From: an uncultured Spirochaetota bacterium
GTDB taxonomy: Bacteria > Spirochaetota > Spirochaetia > SZUA-6 > Fen-1364
Length of the DNA: 64,000 bases
Direction: 5' to 3'
NCBI GenBank assembly: GCA_963734545.1
Contig: CAVTHO010000004.1
Coordinates: 416,001 to 480,000 of the forward strand
The notes under the pieces are model-generated. The model was not told the DNA's origin, searched no databases, and saw nothing but the letters and a program-made list of their open reading frames with translations. Below, piece by piece: positions 56,666 through 64,000 of this stretch (within the stretch, counting starts at the first letter, position 1; every line of letters begins with the position of its first letter). A program made the translations under genes and the position numbers.

Positions 56666-59482
56666 GCAACGCCGGTTTCGTTCTCAGCCCGCTGATCGCG
56701 GCGGCCATGACCTGCATCCTTATCATCCTGGTTTTTCCCGCGATCTACCGCGACAGGAGCCGCCAGGTCTTCCTTCTCGTTCTGCTCAGCCTCGAGCTGT
56801 GGGCGCTCTGCACATTCGCAATGCGCTTCAGCCGGACCACGGACGCGGTCCTGATCTGGGACCGCCTGATATCCGCCTGCGTCATGGGCCTGTACGCGAC
56901 CTTCTTCCACTTCTGCCACCTCTACCTGGGCCGCAAGAGCCGCTGGCCGATGTACATCCTGTACGCGGGGACGCTCACGGCAATGGCGATCGGGCTGTTC
57001 ACGGACCTCGTGGTCAGGGGTGTCACGCGGCTCGATATCGGGTACGCCCCCCAGGTCGGTCCTGCGGCCTACGCGATGTTCGCTCCCATGCAGGTGCTCA
57101 TCATCGCAAACATGATCCGGCTCCTGCACGCGCGGCGCCGAGAAGCCTCGCTGTTCATCCGCAGGCGCCTGCTGGCCCTTGCCCTCGCCGGGCTGCTCCC
57201 GTTCTTCGGGGCCGTCGCGGACGGCTTCACGGATCTCCCTCCCATGGGGATCTGGGCCAATCTCGCTTTCTGCACGATCTGTACCGTCGTCATTCTGCGC
57301 TACCGCCTGTTCGACATCCGCGCGCTCGCCCGCACGGGCCTGGTCCGCCTCCTCATCGGCTCGATGATCGCGGTGCCCTACATCGGCGCGATCCTCGTTG
57401 CGAACGCCCTGCTGCGTGACCGCGAGAGCCTGCTCTGGATCTACGTTGTTTCCATCCTTGCCTACGCGCTGGTCATGTGGCCGGCCTACGAATGGGCGCG
57501 GCGAAGCCTGGACCGGCTCTTCAACAGCGAAAAGTATGACCACCTGCAGGCGGATGCGTGACCTTGCCCGCGGCGCGGACGCCTTCAGCGGGTCCCACGA
57601 GACCTCCAGCAGGCTGACTGCCCTCATGCAGCGGGCGCTGAACGCCACCTCTGTCTCGCTTCTGCAGCCGCTCTCGGACGGCCAGGGAATGTATCTCGTC
57701 GCGAGCAATGGTTCGCCGTGCAGCGCAAAGGGCGCGATCCTCGGCGCGGCGAGCCCCCTCGTCGACTGGTTCCACAAGCACCAGACCACGCTCTCCATGC
57801 GGACCCTGACCGTGGAGCCATTGCTGCAGAACATCCCCCAGGCGGAAAAGGCGGCGCTGGACGAGCTTCGGACCACGCTGCTGGCGCCGCTCCTGACGGC
57901 GCACGGCGCTCTTACGGGCATCCTCGTGCTCGGCCCGAAGGCATCCCGACGGCAGTACAACCTGGACGACATCCAGCTTCTGGAGAACCTCGGCGGTGAG
58001 GCGGCCATGGCGCTGGAGAACGCCGGGCTGTACCGCGACACGGTGCGGGCGCGGGAGACCCTGGAAGCGTGGCTGAACAACCTGCCCGGACGTGGTGGCA
58101 ATCGTGGACCGGGACGACGTCATCCGGTTCCTGAACAGGGAGGGTATCGGACCGGCTGGGCGTTCGGCCCGGGCAGCGCTCGTTCCTGCGCGCGGGGCCC
58201 TCCGGAGGAGAACGGCGCTCCGCGGCGTTTCACGGAGACTATCCGGGGAAGGGAGTACGAGATCGCCTCCGCGCCGCTCGTCGAGCCCGGAGGGCAGCTT
58301 TCCTCGGTGTTCGTGATGCGCGACATCACGGAGCGCAAGCAGGAGCAGGCGGAGAGGGAGCAGCTGGAGGCCCGCGCGCGGCTGGCCAGCCACCTGGCGT
58401 CGATCGGCGAGATGGCGTCGGGGATCGCGCACGAGATCAACAACCCGCTGACCGCGGTGATCGGCTACAGCCAGCTCCTCAACGAAGAAGCGCTGCCGGA
58501 GGAGGCGCGTGAGGCGGTGCGCCAGGTCCGGCAGGGCGCCACCCGGGTGGCCGGCATCGTGCAGAGGCTCCTCACCTTCGCCCGGCAGAGAAAGCCGCAG
58601 CGCGCCGCAGTGGACATGAACGAGGTCATCCGCTCCACACTCGCGCTGCGCGAATATGCCATGCGGACGGGCAACATCTACGTCACGACCCGTCTGGACC
58701 CGTCGCTCCCCCGCACCGTGGCGGACGGCCAGCAGATGCAGCAGGTGCTGCTCAACCTGATCGTCAACGCGGAATGGGCCATGAGCAGCGCCCACGGCAA
58801 GGGCGTGCTTCGGATCGTGAGCGAGAAGCACGGGGAGAACATTCACGTCCTCGTGCAGGATGACGGCCCCGGGGTCCCCCGGGAGATCCAGGACCGCATC
58901 TTCGACCCCTTCTTCACCACCCGGGAGATCGGCCAGGGCACCGGCCTGGGTCTCAGCATCTGCCACGGGATCGTGAGCGAGCACAGCGGCAGGATCTGGG
59001 TGGTGAGCGATGGGGCGCAGGGGAGCGAGTTTCACCTGACCATCCCCATCGTGGCCCCTGATTCTCCGCCCGTGGAGGCCGCCGCGATGCGGCAGGAGCC
59101 CGCCGGATCGCACACGCGCATGCTCGTGGTGGATGACGAGCCGTCGATTCGCGAGCTGCTGAAGGCGATTCTCGAGCCCATGGGCCACCGGGTGGACGAC
59201 GCCGCCGACGGCCGTTCCGCCATCGAGCGCGTGAAGGCGAACCGCTACGGCGTTATCCTGCTCGACGTCCGCATGCCCGACATGAGCGGGCTGGAAGTGT
59301 TCCAGCAATTGAAAGAGATCGCCGGCTCGATCACCTCGCGGGTGGTGTTCATGACCGGAGACCTGATGGCGGAGGAGACTCGCGCGCTGCTGGAGGAGAC
59401 AGGAGCGCCCGCGCTTGCCAAGCCCTTTGAATCGAAGGATCTCATGCTGGCCGTGGAAAGGGTTTTGAAGGCGACGCGCTGA
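56662..59482 (+). CDS. 7TM-GAF-PAS-HisKA-HATPase-REC hybrid histidine kinase; indels near 57552 and 58085-58200
   Basis: Polytopic N-terminus ending ILRYRLFDI; GAF (ILVLGPK...LENA); AHEINNPL; FFTT..GQGTGLGL; VVDDE..DVRMP. Confidence 0.87.
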
Positions 59483-59545
59483 CCGCCTGCCGGCTTGTTT
59501 GCGACCGCCATTTCTTTTCGTCAAAACAATTCGTATATTGTCGCT

Positions 59546-60505
59546 ATGTACAGTAGACTTTCCCTGTTGCGCGGTGCCCGTCCGGCCGCGGAGAACCAGG
59601 TGGGCTGGACCCCGGTGCAAGGCATCGGCAACACGCCGCTCCTGCGCCTGGACCGGATATCGCGCAACCTCCCCCCCCAGGTGCAGCTCCTTGGCAAGGC
59701 AGAGTGGATGAATCCCGGCGGATCGGTCAAGGACAGGCCGGCGGCCAGCATGATCCTGGACGGGGAGCGCCGCGGCGTGCTCCGACCGGGACTTACAATC
59801 ATCGATGCAACGTCCGGGAACACCGGGGTTGCCTACGCAATGATCGGCGCCTCCCGGGGCTATCGGGTAAAGCTCTGCGCCCCGTCGAACACGGAGGAGG
59901 GAATCCTCGGCGCACTTCGCGCATACGGCGCGGAGCTGATCCTCACCGACCCTGCCCAGGCGATGGATGGCGCCAGTCGAGAGGTTGCCCGCATCATGGC
60001 AGCGTCACCGGAGAGCTACTTTTTCCCCGACCAGATGAACAACGATGCGAACTGGAAGGCCCACTACGAGGGCACCGCGAAGGAGATCTGGGAGCAGACC
60101 GGCGGCCGGGTGACGCACTTCGTGGCAGGCGTGGGCACCGGCGGCACCCTGGTCGGCACGGGCAGGAGGCTGCGGGAGCTGAACCCGGATGTCCGCATAG
60201 CGTGCGTCCAGCCGGCATCTCCCCTGCACGGGCTCGAGGGACTGCGCCACCTGCCGACAACGATCGTCCCGCGCATCTACGACCCCACGCTTTCCGATGA
60301 GACAGTGGCCGTGGAGACCGAAGCGGCGCAGGCAATGGTCGTGCGGCTGGCCCGGGAGGAAGGGATTCTCGTGGGAGTGTCCGCGGGGGCCGCGGTAGTG
60401 GCAGCGCTCGCGGTGGCTTCCCGGCTGGAACGCGGTGTCGTGGTGACGGTGCTGCCGGAAGGCGGCCGCAGGTTCATCAACGAGAGTTTCTGGGAGGGAG
60501 CATGA
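59546..60505 (+). CDS. cysM: PLP-dependent cysteine synthase (CysM-like)
   Basis: IGNTPL, NPGGSVKDR, TSGNTG, GTGGT; TATATT-6 nt-ATG upstream. Confidence 0.9.
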   Translation: MYSRLSLLRGARPAAENQVGWTPVQGIGNTPLLRLDRISRNLPPQVQLLGKAEWMNPGGSVKDRPAASMILDGERRGVLRPGLTIIDATSGNTGVAYAMIGASRGYRVKLCAPSNTEEGILGALRAYGAELILTDPAQAMDGASREVARIMAASPESYFFPDQMNNDANWKAHYEGTAKEIWEQTGGRVTHFVAGVGTGGTLVGTGRRLRELNPDVRIACVQPASPLHGLEGLRHLPTTIVPRIYDPTLSDETVAVETEAAQAMVVRLAREEGILVGVSAGAAVVAALAVASRLERGVVVTVLPEGGRRFINESFWEGA

Positions 60506-60930
60506 GAGTCATTGTCCCCGCGGAAATCCTGGAGCAGATGCGACGGCATGGCGAGGAGACCTACCCGCACGAATGCTGCGGCTTCATGCTGGGAAGCGCG
60601 GAAGACGGGGTGCAGCGGATCGTGGAGGTCCGCAGCCAGGCCAACGAGCGCACCGAGTCGAAAGAGAACCGGTTTCTGATCACGCCCGAGCAGTTCAAGG
60701 CCGCGGAAACGGCAGCCCGCAAGGCCCGACTTCAACTGGTGGGCATCTATCATTCACATCCCGACAGCCCTGCCCGTCCCTCCGAGTACGACCGGGATCA
60801 CGCATGGCCGTGGTTCAGCTACATCATCGTCTCGGTGAAGAAGGGCAAGGCAGATGAGGCACACGCATGGCAGCTCAAGGACGACCGATCGGGGTTCGAG
60901 GCTTTGAAGCTTGAGAAAGGAGATTCATGA
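60502..60930 (+). CDS. mec: JAB/M67 metallopeptidase (Mec/CysO-Cys peptidase-like)
   Basis: YPHECCG, YHSHP...PS..D JAMM motif; ATGA overlaps on both sides. Confidence 0.9.
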   Translation: MRVIVPAEILEQMRRHGEETYPHECCGFMLGSAEDGVQRIVEVRSQANERTESKENRFLITPEQFKAAETAARKARLQLVGIYHSHPDSPARPSEYDRDHAWPWFSYIIVSVKKGKADEAHAWQLKDDRSGFEALKLEKGDS

Positions 60931-62372
60931 TGACAAAGGTACGTGTGGAGATCCCCACCGCGCTGCGCGCATTCGCCGGCAATCAGGACGCGGTGGAGGT
61001 GGCGGGAGAAACGGTGGGAGAGCTCCTGCAGGGACTGGCCAGCGCCTACCCGCAGATGAAGAAGCACGTTTTCGACGATCAGGGCAAGCTGCGCAACTTC
61101 GTCAATGTCTACGTCAACGACGACGACATCAAGCACCTGGACAAGGAGCAGACGCGCGTGGGCGCGAAGGACGTGATCAGCATCATCCCGTCCGTGGCCG
61201 GCGGGTCGGATCACGGCGGCAACGGAGCGCTCACCCAGCAGCAGGTCCAGCGCTACAGCCGGCACCTCATCATGCCGGAAGTCGCCATGGAAGGGCAGCA
61301 GAAGCTGCGCCACGCGCGTGTGCTCGTGGTCGGCGCAGGGGGGCTCGGCTCGCCGGTGCTCTCCTACCTGGCGGCAGCGGGAGTGGGAACGCTCGGGATC
61401 GTGGATTTCGACACGGTTGATTTCACCAACCTGCAGCGACAGATCATCTATTCGACGGGGGACGTGGGCAGGCCCAAGCTCGAGGCAGCGGCGGACAGGA
61501 TCCGCGCCATGAACCCGGATGTCCGGGTGGTGATGCACGAGGATCGCCTGACTTCTGAGAATGCGCTTTCGATACTGAAGAACTACGATGTGGTGGTTGA
61601 CGGAACCGACAACTACCCTACCCGCTACCTTGTCAACGATGCCTGCGTGATGCTCGGGATCCCCAATGTCTATGGCAGCATCTTCCGGTTCGACGGCCAG
61701 GCCTCGGTATTCTGTCAGAAGGACGGTCCCTGCTACCGATGCGTCTATCCTTCCCCTCCGCCCCCCGGGCTGGTTCCAAGCTGCGCGGAGGGAGGCGTTC
61801 TCGGAGTTCTCCCCGGCATCATTGGAACGATCCAGGCCACCGAGGCGGTCAAGATCATTTTGGGCAAGGGCACCACGCTTGCGGGGCGTCTCCTTGTCCT
61901 GGACGCCATGAAGATGCACTTCCGCGAGCTGAAGCTGAGGAAAGACCCCGCCTGCCCCGTCTGCGGCGAGCATCCCACCATCAAGGAGCTCATCGACTAC
62001 GAGCAGTTCTGCGGCATCCGCGGTGAGGAGATGGAGGCCAAGGACCTGGGCAAAGAGTGGGAGATAAGCCCCCTGGCGCTGCAGGAGAAGATCCGGGCGG
62101 GAGATGATCTGGTCATCCTCGATGTCCGCAACCCCGAGGAGGCGCAGATCTCGCGGATCCAGGGCAGCATCCTCATTCCCCTCGGCGAGCTGCCCGAGCG
62201 CGTGGCGGAGCTGAACACGGCGGACCAGATGGTAGTGCACTGCAGAATGGGCGGACGCAGCGCCAAGGCCGTGGAGTTCCTCCGCTCGGTGGGATTCAAG
62301 AAGGTGAAGAACCTCGTAGGCGGCATCAACGCCTGGGCAGAGGAAGTGGACAAGACGATGGCGAAGTACTAG
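60927..62372 (+). CDS. moeB: fusion of MoaD/CysO ubiquitin-like carrier + MoeB adenylyltransferase + rhodanese
   Basis: Beta-grasp ending IIPSVAGG; RYSRH, GAGGLG, NLQRQ, CYRC, CPVC; VHCRMGGRS. Confidence 0.92.
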   Translation: MMTKVRVEIPTALRAFAGNQDAVEVAGETVGELLQGLASAYPQMKKHVFDDQGKLRNFVNVYVNDDDIKHLDKEQTRVGAKDVISIIPSVAGGSDHGGNGALTQQQVQRYSRHLIMPEVAMEGQQKLRHARVLVVGAGGLGSPVLSYLAAAGVGTLGIVDFDTVDFTNLQRQIIYSTGDVGRPKLEAAADRIRAMNPDVRVVMHEDRLTSENALSILKNYDVVVDGTDNYPTRYLVNDACVMLGIPNVYGSIFRFDGQASVFCQKDGPCYRCVYPSPPPPGLVPSCAEGGVLGVLPGIIGTIQATEAVKIILGKGTTLAGRLLVLDAMKMHFRELKLRKDPACPVCGEHPTIKELIDYEQFCGIRGEEMEAKDLGKEWEISPLALQEKIRAGDDLVILDVRNPEEAQISRIQGSILIPLGELPERVAELNTADQMVVHCRMGGRSAKAVEFLRSVGFKKVKNLVGGINAWAEEVDKTMAKY

Positions 62373-62376
62373 TTCG

Positions 62377-63439
62377 CTAGCAGCCGAGAATCTCGAGGCA
62401 GCGATCGTACGCGAACACGCGGTTCCGCCGGCCGCCGGTGAGCTCGCTGGCTATTCCCAGGTTCATCAGCCTGTCAACGCAATTTGCCGCTGCAGGGAAC
62501 GGGATGCCAGCCCTCCTGCAGACCTCTCCGAGCGTCGTGATCGGCCGCTCGCACAGAGCTTTGTATACGTGCAAGGTGCTCGAGCCCGGGCGCAGGCGCG
62601 CAATGTCGGTATTGAACAAAGTGGCGAGCTGTTGTGCCAGGCCGACCGCGTGTGACGCCGTGTCTTCCACGCCTTCCAGGAAAAAGTCCAGCCAGGATTC
62701 CCAGTCTCCCTCAGCCCGCACAAGGTCGAGCAGCCGGCGGTACTGCGGCAGACCGGTCTCTGAAGTAGAGGCTCAGGCAGAGAAAGGGATGGGTCATGAG
62801 GGGCACCAGCATGCGGCTGACCCTGCCGTTACCGTCGAAGAATGGGCGAATCATTTCGAGTTGGACATGCGCCAGCCCGGCTTTAATAAGCGGCGAACAA
62901 GGGCCCTGGATAAACAGCTCGAGGGCGGCCATGCAGTTTTCCACCTGCGCCGGAGGTGGCGGAACGTAATGCGCGGCGCTCGGACGCGTACCGCCTACCC
63001 AGTTTTGCGTGGCGCGGAACACACCAGGAGGCACCCTCCAGCGAGTGCGCGCCAGGAGCACCTGATGCATGTCACGGATCAGCCTGTTGCAGAGCGGAAA
63101 TCCTTTGCGCAAGCCGGCCAGGCCATGCTCAAGCGCAGCAACATAGTCGGATGCGCGAGCGTCCGAACCTCCCTTCAGCTCGAAGAGCAGCAGGTCCATA
63201 AACGAGCACTGGCTGCCATTTATACGCGAGGAGAGCACTGCCTCCCGGCGGATGAATGCGTAGCGAGGGAGCCTGATGCTATCCAGGCGGCAGAGGGAGA
63301 GCATCGCCCTTTCCAGAAGGCGCTGGCGCGAGCTTGAGATTTCAATGGGCGGATCCGGCGGAAGCTCGGCAGGGACGAACGGTCGAATCAGCTCGCTGAA
63401 GCTGGAGACGTGATATTTCCCGGACACACCTCGCCGCAC
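62377..63439 (-). pseudogene. degenerate Fic family protein
   Basis: EAVLSS, FRATQNWVG, IRPFFDGNGR (catalytic His replaced by Arg); frameshift near 62740 and apparent deletions. Confidence 0.78.
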
Positions 63440-63506
63440 TGAGAATAATCTCTCCCATATTAAGGGTTGGAACACCTAACCATTAATATGGACGAGCAAA
63501 ATCCCA

Positions 63507-63656
63507 GGGCGCTTGTGGGCTCGAGGGCGTGGGCCCGGGGGAGTGGACTCGGGGCGCTTGTGGGCTCGAGGGCGTGGGCCCGGGGGAGTGGACTCGGGGC
63601 GCTTGCGGGCTCGAGGGCGTGGGCCCGGGGCGCTTGCGGGCTCGAGGGCGTGGGCC
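63507..63656 (+). repeat. G-rich tandem repeat: 4 copies of a 29-bp core, periods 45, 45, 31 bp
   Basis: GGGCGCTTGYGGGCTCGAGGGCGTGGGCC at 63507, 63552, 63597, 63628. Confidence 0.95.
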
Positions 63657-63665
63657 AGAGGCTAC

Positions 63666-64000
63666 TCAGCTGACGAAATTGTCCAGAACGTGCTTGAAAC
63701 CTTCAGAGATTTCGGTCATGGGAGGCCGCAGCTCGGCTGACTTGATGAGCCCCTGCTTTGCAAGGATGTATTTGACAGGAGCAGGACTCGGCTCCTTGAA
63801 GAGCAGCGGAATCATCTTCGTGAGAATGTTCCACTCCGACAAGGCAGTCCGGAGATCGTTCCTTTGAATGGAATCCCACACGTGGATGAACCGATCCGTC
63901 TGCAGGTGTGCCGAGGCCATGATTCCCCCGTTTCCCCCGCCGACAGCATTGAAGTAGAAGAGGATGTCCTCACCCGTCAGGACGGAGAAGCCGGGATCCC
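63666..64000 (-). CDS. dapA: 4-hydroxy-tetrahydrodipicolinate synthase family, 3' part (partial)
   Basis: FSVLTGED...GGIMASAH...LFKEPSPAPVKY...ELRPPM. Confidence 0.85.
   Translation of the reverse strand, partial: DPGFSVLTGEDILFYFNAVGGGNGGIMASAHLQTDRFIHVWDSIQRNDLRTALSEWNILTKMIPLLFKEPSPAPVKYILAKQGLIKSAELRPPMTEISEGFKHVLDNFVS

Noticed and set aside
55800-58200. Programmed ribosomal frameshifting in the GH3 and kinase genes
   Set aside because: No slippery heptamers; similar indels are scattered through unrelated genes, favouring sequencing error.
42996-59620. Long antisense ORFs (e.g. 42996-44801, 48337-50439, 50840-52624, 56530-58101, 57521-59620)
   Set aside because: They mirror well-supported genes on the opposite strand, lack recognisable motifs, and are expected in high-GC DNA.
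54338-62372. GH3 operon and cysM-mec-moeB as one biosynthetic cluster making a sulfur-containing signal
   Set aside because: Same strand and only about 64 bp apart, but cysM has its own -10 box and the sulfur genes form a self-sufficient known pathway; linkage is unsupported without comparative data.
62377-63439. Active Fic AMPylase
   Set aside because: Catalytic His is replaced (IRPFFDGNGR), and there is a frameshift plus apparent internal deletions; treated as a pseudogene.
63507-63656. CRISPR array (29-bp repeats with spacers)
   Set aside because: Intervening sequences are identical 16-mers or 2 bp, not unique spacers, and no cas genes are present; this is a tandem repeat.

Overview
GC-rich bacterial chromosomal window. 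The ClpP N-terminus and an MBL-cNMP-hemerythrin protein hint at a free-living Spirochaetia-like organism, but this is inference only. I found no rRNA, tRNA or CRISPR array. The window is a mosaic of housekeeping/metabolic genes and layered accessory insertions. Main contents, left to right: (1) a Rieske-less split cytochrome b6-like triad (0.8-2.5 kb); (2) a coupled cytoplasmic gluzincin protease plus ComEC-type MBL hydrolase pair (2.9-6.4 kb); (3) a 2.1-kb vapBC + AAA-ATPase cassette bracketed by an in-frame duplication of the 3' end of an SDR gene; (4) a MerR + VIT-vWA pair; (5) a ~10-kb island (24.3-34.1 kb) with two outward-facing paralogous tyrosine recombinases, many toxin-antitoxin loci, an IS66 remnant, McrBC-like scraps and an MTase-HNH fusion; (6) a ClpP with Tyr at the catalytic Ser position; (7) an ArsR + Met-rich protein pair; (8) a translationally coupled methyltransferase - GH3 amido synthetase - 7TM hybrid histidine kinase operon, the best candidate for an undescribed signal-synthase/receptor system; (9) a cysM-mec-(CysO/MoaD::MoeB::rhodanese) sulfur-relay operon; (10) a G-quadruplex-consensus minisatellite. 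Many genes appear to be transcribed as leaderless mRNAs. Several single-base frameshifts in otherwise intact genes look like long-read errors.
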